In this document: positions 1 to 8,952 of the stretch, one piece after another
Layout of the letters: each line of letters starts with the position of its first letter
Position numbering within the stretch: the stretch's first letter is position 1
From: Desulfuromonas soudanensis
GTDB lineage: Bacteria > Desulfobacterota > Desulfuromonadia > Desulfuromonadales > WTL
Length of the DNA: 32,000 nt
NCBI RefSeq assembly: GCF_001278055.1
Contig: NZ_CP010802.1
Location: 3,912,189-3,944,188 of the forward strand
Reading direction: 5' to 3'
The notes under the pieces: generated by a model
The model's input: only the letters and a program-made list of their open reading frames with translations
Told to the model about the DNA's origin: nothing
The model's database searches: none
Made by a program: the position numbers and the translations under genes

Positions 1-1304
1 GAGGAATCAGTGATCCTCAAGGGGACGATGGCGCCGATTTCCGCCTGGCCGGCGGTGATGTAGACCTGGCCGTCGACGTCGGGAGCCTGGCGGATGCTTC
101 GCCCCCGCAGCAGCAGATCGGTCTCTTCGCTGACCCCCTCCACCAGCACCGGCTCGATGCGTCCGACCAGGGCCCGGTTCTTGCGAAAGGAAACCCGGCT
201 CTGGGCTTTCATCAGCTTCTGGTAACGGCTCTTTTTGACCCGCTCGGGAATCTGCTCCTCGAGAGCCGCCGCGGCGGTTCCCTCCTCCCGCGAATAGCGG
301 AAGACGCCGACCCTCTCGAAATGCCCCTCGTTGACGAAGGAGAGGAGGGCGGCAAACTGCTCTTCGGTTTCGCCGGGAAAACCGACGATAAAGGAGGTGC
401 GCAGGGTGACGTCGGGAATTCTCTGCCGCACCCGAGCAAGCAGGGCGCGGATCGTTTGTTCGTCGACCCGACGATTCATCTTCTTGAGGATGGTGTCGTC
501 GATGTGCTGAAGCGGGATGTCGAGGTAGTTGCAGATCTTCTCTTCGCTGGCCATCAGCTCGATGAGCTCGGGACCGATGGCGTCGGGGTAGGCATAGAGG
601 AGACGCAGCCATTGCAGATCCTCGATCTTCACCAGGGCGCGCAGGAGATCCTCGAGGGAGGCGCCGTCTTCCCGATCCCGACCGTAGGCGGTGATGTCCT
701 GGGCGATCAGGTTGATCTCCTTCACCCCTTCCGCCGTCAGGGTCCGCACCTCGGAGACGAGGGAGTCGATGGACCGGGAGCGCAGAGTCCCGCGCAACTG
801 GGGGATGATGCAGTAGGAGCAGTGGTTGGAGCAGCCGTCGGCGATCTTGACGTAGGTCGAATAGAAGGGGGACGACTTGACCCGGGGGGTGGTGTGGTCG
901 TAGAGGAAGTCGGGGAGGCCGACCTCATGGCGGGGCGCCTGGCCGGGGACATGGGCATCGAGGAGTTCGACGATCCGCGCCGCGTCCCCCGTCCCCATGA
1001 AGAGATCGACCTCCGGCAGTTCGCGCAACAGCTCCTCGCGGTAGCGCTGCGGCAGACATCCCGAGACGACCAGGAGCCTGCAGCGCCCGGTCTTCTTGTA
1101 GTCGGCGACCTCGAGGATCGTCTCCACCGACTCCTCCTTGGCGTCCTGAATGAAGGAGCAGGTATTGACGATGATAATGTCGGCCTTCGATTCGTCGGTG
1201 ATGATTTCGAAGCGGTCGGTGGGGAGATGGCCGAGCATGACTTCGGCATCGACCAGGTTTTTCGGGCAGCCCAGGCTGACCAGGCTGACTTTCTGCTTGT
1301 CCAA
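1..1304 (-). CDS. rimO: Ribosomal protein S12 methylthiotransferase RimO (radical SAM, MiaB family); C-terminal end cut by the window edge
   Basis: This gene is absent from the ORF track because its stop lies left of position 1. My own minus-strand translation from TTG at 1304-1302 gives [25 protein letters not shown]...NTCSFI. It has a radical-SAM CxxxCxxC in [20 protein letters not shown], then [13 protein letters not shown] and a TRAM-like tail ([26 protein letters not shown]). Track ORFs 7..612(-), 737..1249(-) and 321..1379(+) are shadows of this gene. Confidence 0.85.
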   Translation of the reverse strand, partial: MDKQKVSLVSLGCPKNLVDAEVMLGHLPTDRFEIITDESKADIIIVNTCSFIQDAKEESVETILEVADYKKTGRCRLLVVSGCLPQRYREELLRELPEVDLFMGTGDAARIVELLDAHVPGQAPRHEVGLPDFLYDHTTPRVKSSPFYSTYVKIADGCSNHCSYCIIPQLRGTLRSRSIDSLVSEVRTLTAEGVKEINLIAQDITAYGRDREDGASLEDLLRALVKIEDLQWLRLLYAYPDAIGPELIELMASEEKICNYLDIPLQHIDDTILKKMNRRVDEQTIRALLARVRQRIPDVTLRTSFIVGFPGETEEQFAALLSFVNEGHFERVGVFRYSREEGTAAAALEEQIPERVKKSRYQKLMKAQSRVSFRKNRALVGRIEPVLVEGVSEETDLLLRGRSIRQAPDVDGQVYITAGQAEIGAIVPLRITDS

Positions 1305-1362
1305 ATTCGCGGTCCTCAGATGAAATCGCCTCGCAGCGGAGGCGGTACGCTCGGTTCCCGGA

Positions 1363-1848
1363 TCAGGAACGCATGTTGACGAATTGCAGTTCGACGTCGA
1401 GGTCTTTCCCCTTGAGCAGTTGAATGACGTCCTGCAGATCATCGATGTTTTTCGAGGTGACCCGCACCTGTTCCTCCATGATCTGCGCCTGAACCTTGAG
1501 CTTGGCCTCCTTGATCAGCTTGATGATCTCCTTGGCCTTTTCCGTGGGAATCCCCTGGACGATGGTCACCCGCTGCCGCACCGCCCCGCCCGAAGCCGGC
1601 TCCTTCTTGCCGAAATCGAGACATTTGGGAGAGACATTGCGCCGGACCAGCTTCCCCTTGAGAATATCGATGACCGCCTGCAGTTTGTAGTCGTCGGCCC
1701 CGAGGAGGACGATGGCGTCCTTTTCGAGGGTGACTTCGTTGTGGCTCCCCTTGAAATCAAAGCGCTGCTCAATCTCCTTGAGAGCCTGGTTGACCGCGTT
1801 ATCGACTTCCTGCATGTCCACCTTGGATACGACATCGAAACTGGGCAT
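1363..1848 (-). CDS. yajQ: YajQ-family (UPF0234) nucleotide / cyclic-di-GMP-binding protein
   Basis: The N-terminus [34 protein letters not shown] and a length of about 160 aa are typical of YajQ. I prefer ATG at 1848 to the TTG one codon upstream. A GGAGG lies about 7 nt upstream. Confidence 0.85.
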   Translation of the reverse strand: MPSFDVVSKVDMQEVDNAVNQALKEIEQRFDFKGSHNEVTLEKDAIVLLGADDYKLQAVIDILKGKLVRRNVSPKCLDFGKKEPASGGAVRQRVTIVQGIPTEKAKEIIKLIKEAKLKVQAQIMEEQVRVTSKNIDDLQDVIQLLKGKDLDVELQFVNMRS

Positions 1849-1914
1849 CAAAAACCTCCATGGCCTTCGGGGGAGTCGGGGGACACAAACCCCATTGAAT
1901 CAATCACTTGTAAC

Positions 1915-1952
1915 ACAGAAACGCCCCGGCTGAAAAGTCCGATTCCGGGGCG
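1915..1952 (-). terminator. Candidate rho-independent terminator after the LolA-like gene (end of the che operon)
   Basis: On the minus strand an 8-bp GC stem (CGCCCCGG / CCGGGGCG, 1922-1929 with 1945-1952) is followed by TTTCTGTGTT. The 15-nt loop is larger than ideal. Confidence 0.4.
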
Positions 1953-1979
1953 GCCACTTCCTGCTGTCGGAGAAAAGGT

Positions 1980-2768
1980 CTAAAAGCCCATTTCGCCGCC
2001 GGTGGGGCGGAGCACCTCGACGCCGGCCGGCAGAATGAAGCGGAACCGGCTGCTGCTCAGGCCGCGGTTGACGCGGACGTTGCTGAATTCGATGGTGGTG
2101 CGGTTGCCGTTGGGGTCGGTGACGGTCGAGGAGAGGATCGGCAGGATGTTGCCGGTGACCCCGCTTCGGGTGTAGGCCAGGACGGCGTCCCGGTCGACGA
2201 CGATCTGCATCTGCTGCATCATCGCCGAGGTCCGCCGCGGACGGAGCTCAAGGATATAGTTCCCCTCCACATCCTGATTCGGCTCGGCCCAGGTGATGAG
2301 GAAATCCCGGGAAATGTTTCCGAGGCCGGTGAGGAAGGTCGTCGGGTCGTCGGCCCGCTCGCGGCTGGTAAAATCGATCTGCGACTCGATCACCTGGGCG
2401 TTCTCCGGCAGATAGACCCAGAGGGTTTTGCCGTCGGAGATGATCTCCTGGGTGGTGGGCTGGTCGTACTCCCAGTAAAACATGGTCAAAGGGACCCGGT
2501 CGGTCAGGGTGCGGTCGAAGAGGACCGACACCCGCCCCCGGCCGCGCTGAATTCGGTCGAGGGACTCCAGGCGCGACTCCTGAAAAAAATCGGCCTCGAA
2601 ATCGACAATGGCCGAGGATGCGGTGCCGCGGGCACCGACCGCATCGATCCTGAAGGGGGTTTCCAGCGTCTTGATCACGTCGCTGAGGCCGATCCGCTCG
2701 TCGGCGGCCAGGCAGGCGTTTGCGGAAATCAGCAGCAGGACCAGCAAAATAGCAGCAATCTGTCTCAT
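1980..2768 (-). CDS. LolA-family periplasmic lipoprotein-carrier-like protein with signal peptide
   Basis: It has an N-terminal signal peptide (MRQIAAILLVLLLISANACLAA) and a LolA-like core (FFQESRL...QEIISDGKTLWVYLPENAQV...NYILELRP). AAGGAG precedes the ATG at 2768. The gene starts 18 nt after the cheD stop. Confidence 0.7.
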   Translation of the reverse strand: MRQIAAILLVLLLISANACLAADERIGLSDVIKTLETPFRIDAVGARGTASSAIVDFEADFFQESRLESLDRIQRGRGRVSVLFDRTLTDRVPLTMFYWEYDQPTTQEIISDGKTLWVYLPENAQVIESQIDFTSRERADDPTTFLTGLGNISRDFLITWAEPNQDVEGNYILELRPRRTSAMMQQMQIVVDRDAVLAYTRSGVTGNILPILSSTVTDPNGNRTTIEFSNVRVNRGLSSSRFRFILPAGVEVLRPTGGEMGF

Positions 2769-2786
2769 AGGGTCTCTCCTTAGGGC

Positions 2787-3278
2787 TTAGATGGAAATGA
2801 TTCTATCACCAGTTCGCACCGAACGCACCGCCACCTGCCAGGTGGCCAGATCGAATTCGACGGTGCGCCCGTAATTTCCGCCGACATCCTCCGCCAGGAG
2901 GGGGAGGTTGAGGGCCTGCAGGGTGTCGCGGGCGGCGGAGATATTTCGGGTGCCGATGGCATTGGCCGGGACGCCGCCGGGAGGCTCGAACATGTTGGCA
3001 CCGCCGACGATCACCGCGACGATCCGCTCGCGAAGCGCCCCCTGAAGGAGCATCTCCTCGACCATCAGGCGAATGGCGGTGTCGACGAACTTGCTCATCC
3101 GCACCTCCCTGATTCCCGGCCGCAGGGAGGGGAGAAGGGTGTGGGCGAGTCCCCCCACCCCGTTTTCCCGGTCGCACAGGACGATGCCCAGACAGCTCCC
3201 CAGGCCGTAGGTCACCAGAACGGCGGGCGCCCTGGCGACATGAAACTCGGAGATGCCGACGCGGATCCTGGAATTCAT
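2787..3278 (-). CDS. cheD: Chemoreceptor glutamine deamidase CheD
   Basis: The sequence VGISEFHVARAPAVLVTYGLGSCLGIVL..GGLAHTLLP carries the conserved Cys/His region of CheD. The protein is 163 aa. Its start overlaps the cheC stop (ATGA at 3275-3278). Confidence 0.9.
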   Translation of the reverse strand: MNSRIRVGISEFHVARAPAVLVTYGLGSCLGIVLCDRENGVGGLAHTLLPSLRPGIREVRMSKFVDTAIRLMVEEMLLQGALRERIVAVIVGGANMFEPPGGVPANAIGTRNISAARDTLQALNLPLLAEDVGGNYGRTVEFDLATWQVAVRSVRTGDRIISI

Positions 3279-3895
3279 TCCTTCCCCCCCACCGCCCGCA
3301 GGAGAACGTCGAGGGAACCGGGATCGGGGAGGAGAAAGAAATGCCCCTTGATCGGCTCCAGATTCGGTTCCTTGCCGTGAAACTCGGTCTCGACCATCAG
3401 CGCCAGATCGCTGGCCTGACTCAGTTCGATCAGGACACAGTCGACCACCGCCCCGGCCATGTCGAAGGCCAGCAGGGGGATGGAGGGGATCAGGGTTATG
3501 TGCAGCAGGCTCCCCATGGCGCTGAGATAGGCCGAGGCCAGGATGTTGCCGACCTCCTTGAGCGTCGACTCCCCGAGCTCGTCGAGGGCCATCCCCTCCG
3601 CCTCCTTCCCCAGGAGACGGGAAATGAGCCGAAGGGCGGACTCCGCCGGGAAAATCAGAAGAATATTCCCCCGGGCGTCACCGAGGATCTGCAGGGTGAC
3701 GCCGGCGACGACCCGCTCTGCTCCCCCCAGGAGTTCGGGGACCTGTCCGATGTCGGTCACGGTGATGCGCGGCACCCGCAGGTAGACGGTCTCGCCGATC
3801 AGCTGGGAGAGGGCGGTCGCCGCATGGCCCATCCCGATGTTGCTGATTTCCTTGAGGGCATCGAGCTGCCCTTCCGTCATGCTGGCATAGGTCAT
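3275..3895 (-). CDS. cheC: CheY-P phosphatase CheC
   Basis: I trimmed track ORF 3275..4498 to ATG at 3895 (MTYASMTEGQLDALKEISNIGMGHAA). Both CheC active-site motifs D/S-x3-E-x2-N-x22-P are intact (DALKEISN..22..P and STLKEVGN..22..P). An ATGA overlap joins it to the cheA stop. Confidence 0.9.
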   Translation of the reverse strand: MTYASMTEGQLDALKEISNIGMGHAATALSQLIGETVYLRVPRITVTDIGQVPELLGGAERVVAGVTLQILGDARGNILLIFPAESALRLISRLLGKEAEGMALDELGESTLKEVGNILASAYLSAMGSLLHITLIPSIPLLAFDMAGAVVDCVLIELSQASDLALMVETEFHGKEPNLEPIKGHFFLLPDPGSLDVLLRAVGGKE

Positions 3896-5808
3896 CGGCT
3901 GTCTCCTGGGACCCTGGAGAGGGGAGCGACGGTGCGCTCCTCGAGGAGGTACTGGGGATCGATAATGAAAATGATGCTGCCGTCGCCAATGACGGTGGCG
4001 CCGCTGACCCCGGCCAGGGAATCGAGGGGAAAGGCGAGGGTCTTGACGAAGGCCTCGCGCTGCCCGCAGAATCGGTCGACCACCAGGCCGACCCGGCGTC
4101 CCCGACCCTCGGTGATCACTACCGAAATCGACCCCTCGGAGGGGTTCTTGGGGAGCCCGAGGATCTTGTGCAGCGACAACAGGGGGACCATTTCCTCGCC
4201 GAGCTGGATCACCGCCTTGCGCCCCGAGGTCTGGATTCCCTCCCGGGGAAGGTCGAGAGTCCGTTCGACCTTGGTAATGGGTATGCCGATGGTGCGACCG
4301 GAGCACTCCACGAGGAGGATCTGGATAATGGCCACCGACAGGGGGAGCTTGAGACGCATGCGGGTCCCCTTTCCCGGTTCGGAAAGGATCTCCAGCCCGC
4401 CGCCGAGGTTTTCCACCGCCGATTTGACGACATCCATGCCGACTCCGCGACCGGAGGTTTCCGTAATTTCGGTTGCCGTGGAAAAGCCCGGGATGCACAC
4501 CAGCTGCAGGGCCTCGCGATCCCGCAGGGACCGGGCCTGGGCAGGAGAGATCAGCCCTTTGGCGACCGCCTTCTGGCGGATGACCAGGGCATCGATCCCC
4601 CGTCCGTTGTCGGCGACCTCGAGAAGGACCATGTCCCTTTCCCGCCAGGCACGGACAACGACCTCCCCCTGCTCCTCGATTCCGTGGTCAACGGCATTGC
4701 GCACCATGTGCACCAGGGGATCGGCCAGGCCCTCGAGAATCGCCCGGTCCAGTTCCACCTCCTCCCCTTCCACCCGCAGCACCACCTCCTTGCCGGTCTT
4801 GCGGGAAAGATCCCGCACCAGGCGCGGCAGATGGCCGGTGATGCTCTCCAGCGGCATCATCCTCACCTGCAGCACGTTGTGGTGCAGGGCGCTGATCAGG
4901 CGGGCCAGGTGATCGAGCCCCCCCTGGACATCGGACCAGCGTTCCTGGCGGGAGGCCGTCTGCAACATATAGCGTTGCGTGATCAACTCCCCGGTCAGAT
5001 TGATGAAGTGGTCGAGGAGGTCGGTTCGCACCCGCACCGTCTGAGGCTGCGCCTCCCGGCGGACCCTTTTCGGCGGCGCGACGGAGGAGGCGGGGCGAAA
5101 GACCCGGGCGACGTCGCTGACCCCCGAGAGGAGTTCGACGACCCGGTCCGGGTCCAACTCCGAATCCAGGGTCAGTTCCATGCGCCGTATTTCCCCCCCT
5201 TTGCGCAACTGCGCCTCGCTGGGAACGCTCATCACCAGGGTGCCGAGGCGACCCGCTTCCCGAAGGAGGAGGAGAAAGCGAGCCGAGGGGGCCATCGCCT
5301 CCGGAGTCAGTTCAACCACCAGGCGGAGGGAGGAAGGGTCGACGGAGAGGGGGGAGGTTTCAACAGCATCGCCGGCGGGAAACGATTCCCCGACCGGAGG
5401 GGGGTCGGAAATGAGTTCGAGTTCGGCGTCGAATTCTTCCGTCCCCTGTTCCTTGCCGGCGGCGAGGAAGGCGGCGATCGGTCGTTCGACCCGGTCGGCC
5501 TCGATGTCGGCCAGAAGCCCCTCGAGGAGGTCTATTCCGCCGAGGAGCCGGTCGACGGCGGCCGAAGGGACGGCGCCGCTCTTGCGAAAACCATCCATGT
5601 AGTCTTCGAGGTGATGGGCGAGTTCGGTGGTGCGGTCGTACCCCATGGAAGCCGCCATCCCCTTGACCGAATGGGCTTCACGGAAGAGGGAATCGATCCC
5701 CTCGCGGTCGGAGGGATTCTTCTCCAGGTTGATGAGGAGGGTGCTCATGCTCCGGAGATGTTCTTTGGACTCGGAGAGGAACATCCCCTTGTATTTGGAC
5801 ATATCCAT
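3892..5808 (-). CDS. cheA: Chemotaxis histidine kinase CheA
   Basis: The Hpt domain carries the phospho-His (FREAHSVKGMAASMG). HATPase boxes are present (HMVRNAVDHGIE, DNGRGID, GRGVGMDVV), followed by a C-terminal CheW-like domain. I chose the start at MDMSKYKG (ATG 5808) over the upstream in-frame start at 5841. Confidence 0.92.
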   Translation of the reverse strand: MDMSKYKGMFLSESKEHLRSMSTLLINLEKNPSDREGIDSLFREAHSVKGMAASMGYDRTTELAHHLEDYMDGFRKSGAVPSAAVDRLLGGIDLLEGLLADIEADRVERPIAAFLAAGKEQGTEEFDAELELISDPPPVGESFPAGDAVETSPLSVDPSSLRLVVELTPEAMAPSARFLLLLREAGRLGTLVMSVPSEAQLRKGGEIRRMELTLDSELDPDRVVELLSGVSDVARVFRPASSVAPPKRVRREAQPQTVRVRTDLLDHFINLTGELITQRYMLQTASRQERWSDVQGGLDHLARLISALHHNVLQVRMMPLESITGHLPRLVRDLSRKTGKEVVLRVEGEEVELDRAILEGLADPLVHMVRNAVDHGIEEQGEVVVRAWRERDMVLLEVADNGRGIDALVIRQKAVAKGLISPAQARSLRDREALQLVCIPGFSTATEITETSGRGVGMDVVKSAVENLGGGLEILSEPGKGTRMRLKLPLSVAIIQILLVECSGRTIGIPITKVERTLDLPREGIQTSGRKAVIQLGEEMVPLLSLHKILGLPKNPSEGSISVVITEGRGRRVGLVVDRFCGQREAFVKTLAFPLDSLAGVSGATVIGDGSIIFIIDPQYLLEERTVAPLSRVPGDSR

Positions 5809-5868
5809 GGGCGAACCTTTGCGGGCGAAGGACGGAGGCAAAAGGACCGGGCGGAGACCGAACCTTTC

Positions 5869-6237
5869 TCAGCCCTGACCGAGAACCCGCCGCACTACGT
5901 CGAGGACTCGCTGTTCCTGAAACGGCTTGACAATGAAATCCCTTGCGCCGGCCTCCACCGCCTCCACCACCAGGGCGTCCTGTCCGAGTGCGCTGCACAT
6001 CACGACCCGGGCGTTGGGATCGATGAGGTTGATCTCCTGAAGAGCCTCGATTCCGCTCTTCAGGGGCATAACGATATCCATGGTCACCAGGTCCGGCTTG
6101 AATTCCTGGAATTTTTCCACCGCCTCGACGCCGTTGGCGGCTTCGCCGACAATGGAGTAGCCCCCCTTGACGAAGATGTCCCTGAGCATGTTGCGCATGA
6201 ACAAGGCATCATCTACGATCAGCACCTTGGGCCCCAT
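5869..6237 (-). CDS. cheY: Single-domain response regulator CheY
   Basis: The sequence KVLIVDDALFMR...LVTMDIVMP...CSALG...IVKPF supplies the DD, phospho-acceptor D, T/S and K residues of a receiver domain. The protein is 122 aa. Confidence 0.92.
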   Translation of the reverse strand: MGPKVLIVDDALFMRNMLRDIFVKGGYSIVGEAANGVEAVEKFQEFKPDLVTMDIVMPLKSGIEALQEINLIDPNARVVMCSALGQDALVVEAVEAGARDFIVKPFQEQRVLDVVRRVLGQG

Positions 6238-6258
6238 TATTTTCCTCCTGTCAAAGTC

Positions 6259-6675
6259 CTAAACGGTTTCCAGGCTGGCCAGCAGCCGCGTGGTATCCAG
6301 CAGATTGATCATCGTTCCCTGGTAATTGAGCACCGCCCGGATGTAGAGCTGCTCCTGCTGCTCCCTCGGGAAGGGGAGGAGCGCCTCGGCATCCATGGGG
6401 ATGATTCGGCGAATGGAGGCCACGGCCAGGGCCAGGGAGCAGACCTCCGGCGGGAGCACGACGACCCGGTGATCCCTTCCCCCGGAAGGAAAACCGAGGT
6501 AGGAGGCCAGATCGAGAACCGGAAGGATGTTGCCGTGAAAATTGATGGCGCCGAGGACGTGATTCGGAGCCCGGGGGATGTAATGGAGGAGCGGCGATTC
6601 GACGACCTCCTGGATGAGAGCCACCTCCAGTCCGAAGGTCTCCTCCCCCAGTTGAAAGATCAGAACCTGTTCCAT
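6259..6675 (-). CDS. cheW: Coupling protein CheW
   Basis: A CheW-like domain is present (VLIFQLGEETFGLEVALIQEVVE...GAINFHGNILPVLDLA). I trimmed the start to MEQV (ATG 6675), which has GAGGGG upstream. The mcp stop lies 7 nt upstream. Confidence 0.88.
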   Translation of the reverse strand: MEQVLIFQLGEETFGLEVALIQEVVESPLLHYIPRAPNHVLGAINFHGNILPVLDLASYLGFPSGGRDHRVVVLPPEVCSLALAVASIRRIIPMDAEALLPFPREQQEQLYIRAVLNYQGTMINLLDTTRLLASLETV

Positions 6676-6682
6676 GATCCCC

Positions 6683-7954
6683 TCAGCCCTTCTCTGTCCC
6701 CACCTGGAAACGCTTGACCACATCGAGGAGATTTTCGGCCAGGGCCGAGAGGGCCTGCGCCGAATGGGCCATATCCTCCATGGATGCCGCCTGCTGTTCG
6801 GACGCCGCAGAAACCTCCTCGGTGGCGGCCGCGTTGTCGGTTACCACCTTGGAAATCTCGTCGATGGCCACCACCAGCTCCCTGGCCCCGTCGGTCTGCT
6901 TCTGGGAGAGCTCGGCGATTCCCGTCGCCTTGACCTGGGTGCCGAGGGCGGTCTGAATGATCGCCTCGAAGGCCTGACCGGTGCTGTCGAGAGCCTCCCG
7001 GCCGGCATCCATCTCGCCGATGCTCTCCTTCATCGAGGCCTGGACCTTCTGATTTTCCTCGCGAATGGCGCCGATGAGGTCGGTGATCTCCCCGGCCGAG
7101 CGCCCTGTGGAGTCGGCGAGCTTGCTGATCTCCTCGGCGACCACGGCGAAGCCGCGGCCGTATTCCCCGGCCCGGGCCGCCTCGATGGTGGCATTGAGGG
7201 CCAGCAGGTTGGTCTTCTGGGCGATGCCGGTGATGACCTCGACGATCTTGCCGATCTTCTGGACCTGGGTGCCGAAGGAGACGATCTGCGCTCCGTTCTG
7301 CTCGACTTCGCCGAGGACCTGCTTCATCTTCTTCATCGCCGCCCGGGCGAGATCTCCGCCGCGCTGCGCATTGTCGGCCGTATCCCGGGCCGAATCCTCC
7401 ACCCTGTCGGCCGAGGCGGCGACCATGTCGATGGAGGTCGCCATCTCCTTGATCAGATGCGAGCAGCGCTCGATCATCTCCGCCTGGGTTTCGGCCCCGC
7501 GACTGACCTGCTCGATGGTGTTGGTGACCTCGTGAGCCGAGGCGGTGATCTGCTGAGAAGTCGCCGAAAGGTTCTGGGACGACTCGGCAACCTTGGTCGA
7601 GGAGGTGCGGATGTAGCCGACCAGTTCGCGCAGGCTCTCCACCACCCGGTTCAGCGACAGGGCCAGATCATGGGTCTCATCGGGAAAGAGCGTGCTGCGC
7701 AGGCGCACCACCCGCGAAAGGTTGCCGTTGCTGAGATTTTCTGCGGCCTCGGTGAGGTGGCGGATGTTGGCGGTAAAGGCCTTGGAAAAGATCGACCCGA
7801 GGATAAGCCCGACCAGGATGGCGACGCTCACCGTCACCAGCTGCTGCCACTCCTCGGGTATCCCCAGATGGGGTGCGACAACGTTCAGCAGCACGATGGA
7901 GGCCACCACAATAATGAAGCCCATGATGAACTTATAGCTGATGTCTATGCGCAT
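6683..7954 (-). CDS. Methyl-accepting chemotaxis protein with two TM helices, a very short external loop, HAMP and the MCP signalling domain
   Basis: It carries the highly conserved hairpin tip [36 protein letters not shown] trimmed track ORF 6683..8278 to MRIDISYKF (ATG 7954, AAGGAG upstream). The N-terminus has TM1 (about aa 8-26), a loop of about 12 aa ([12 protein letters not shown]) and TM2. Confidence 0.9.
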   Translation of the reverse strand: MRIDISYKFIMGFIIVVASIVLLNVVAPHLGIPEEWQQLVTVSVAILVGLILGSIFSKAFTANIRHLTEAAENLSNGNLSRVVRLRSTLFPDETHDLALSLNRVVESLRELVGYIRTSSTKVAESSQNLSATSQQITASAHEVTNTIEQVSRGAETQAEMIERCSHLIKEMATSIDMVAASADRVEDSARDTADNAQRGGDLARAAMKKMKQVLGEVEQNGAQIVSFGTQVQKIGKIVEVITGIAQKTNLLALNATIEAARAGEYGRGFAVVAEEISKLADSTGRSAGEITDLIGAIREENQKVQASMKESIGEMDAGREALDSTGQAFEAIIQTALGTQVKATGIAELSQKQTDGARELVVAIDEISKVVTDNAAATEEVSAASEQQAASMEDMAHSAQALSALAENLLDVVKRFQVGTEKG

Positions 7955-8046
7955 TGGCCCACTCCTTTTGCAATCCCGGAAAAATTGACAATTGATCGAT
8001 TTCAGCTGAGGATTCGTCCCCCGAAGGTCCAGGAACCTGAAAGACC

Positions 8047-8898
8047 CTAGAGCTTCCGGTAGATGCGCTCGGCGGGAAAGGCGACGTGAAACAGCCCTCT
8101 GACCTCGCCCGGCAACGTCTCGGCTCTCCCCAGCACCAGATAGCCCCCGGAAGGAAGGACGGCGGCGACTCTGGAAAGGATCGTTTCCTGGTCCCGACGG
8201 CCGAAGTAAATCAGCACATTGCGACAGAGGATCAGATCCGCCGGCGGATAGGCCCCGGAATCGAGGATGTTCCGGCACTCGAAACGCACCTTCTCGCGGA
8301 TCGACCGGCTGAGCCGGAATTCGCGACCTTCCTCGGAAAAATAACGATTCAGGACCGCTTCGGGAACCTCGACGAGGCGCTGGGCGTCATAGAGTCCTTC
8401 CCGGGCCCTCTCCAGGACCGCCGGGCTCAGGTCGGTGCCGAGAATGGATATCTGCACCTCCGGAGCCAAAGACTCGGCGAGAAGGGCCAGGGAATAGGGC
8501 TCTTCGCCGGCGGCGCAGCCGAGACTCCACAGCCGCACCTCCCGTCGACCCTCCTCGCTGGCCCGAGCGACCAATTCGGGGAGAACCACCCCCTCAAGGA
8601 CGGCGAAGGTCGAGGGATTGCGGAAGAACTGGGAGACATGAATCGTCAGGGCCGCCAGGAGCGCCGTGACTTCCTCGGGCTCCCGGCGCAGCACCTCCAG
8701 GTAGGGGCCCGGGGCATGAAACCCCCGCGCCCGCACCCGGGTGGCAATCCGCCGCTTGATGCAACGGTCCTTGTACATGCCGAGGTCGATCCCCCGCTCC
8801 TGCAAGAGATGGAGGCGAACGGCCTCAAAATCCTCCTCGGTAAAATCGCTCCCGACAAAAGGAGCCGGATGTTGTGTCCCCGAAGCTCTCCGGTCCAC
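8047..8898 (-). CDS. cheR: Chemotaxis protein methyltransferase CheR
   Basis: The SAM-binding motif is present ([19 protein letters not shown]), along with FFRNPSTF and CRNVLIYF. The only in-frame start before the conserved N-terminal domain is GTG at 8898. Confidence 0.88.
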   Translation of the reverse strand: MDRRASGTQHPAPFVGSDFTEEDFEAVRLHLLQERGIDLGMYKDRCIKRRIATRVRARGFHAPGPYLEVLRREPEEVTALLAALTIHVSQFFRNPSTFAVLEGVVLPELVARASEEGRREVRLWSLGCAAGEEPYSLALLAESLAPEVQISILGTDLSPAVLERAREGLYDAQRLVEVPEAVLNRYFSEEGREFRLSRSIREKVRFECRNILDSGAYPPADLILCRNVLIYFGRRDQETILSRVAAVLPSGGYLVLGRAETLPGEVRGLFHVAFPAERIYRKL

Positions 8899-8918
8899 GC
8901 AAACCCCGCCTGGTATTA

Positions 8919-8934
8919 AGCAATTTTCGGTCCA
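8919..8934 (-). promoter_or_regulatory. Candidate sigma-54 (-24/-12) promoter of the che operon
   Basis: The minus strand reads TGGACCGAAAATTGCT, against the consensus TGGCAC-N5-TTGC. The GG and GC dinucleotides have exact consensus spacing. The site lies 21 nt upstream of the cheR GTG, which implies a very short leader. Confidence 0.4.
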
Positions 8935-8952
8935 AAATACGAAGATCGCTGA

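Noticed and set aside
7-1379. Track ORFs 7..612(-), 212..439(-), 737..1249(-) and 321..1379(+).
   Set aside because: A different minus-strand frame translates into a full RimO with the radical-SAM cysteine triad. That frame is missing from the track only because its stop lies outside the window.
3275-4498. 5'-extended versions of real genes in the ORF track: 3275..4498 (cheC), 6683..8278 (mcp), 14943..16406 (tolB), 14291..14905 (pal), 6259..6723 (cheW), 17593..19551 (ilvA), 24352..27012 (PBP1A), 3892..5841 (cheA) and 30356..31126 (GntR).
   Set aside because: The upstream extensions overlap the preceding gene or intergenic DNA, translate to R/G/P-rich junk, and lack an RBS. Internal starts with Shine-Dalgarno sequences coincide with the conserved N-termini or signal peptides.
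4168-6717. An 849-aa open reading frame on the plus strand spanning the region opposite cheA, cheY and cheW.
   Set aside because: It runs antisense to three genes with unmistakable conserved motifs. Its translation is a low-complexity G/R/D/P/H-rich string with no recognisable domain, start context or RBS. Long antisense frames are expected in GC-rich, GC3-biased coding DNA.
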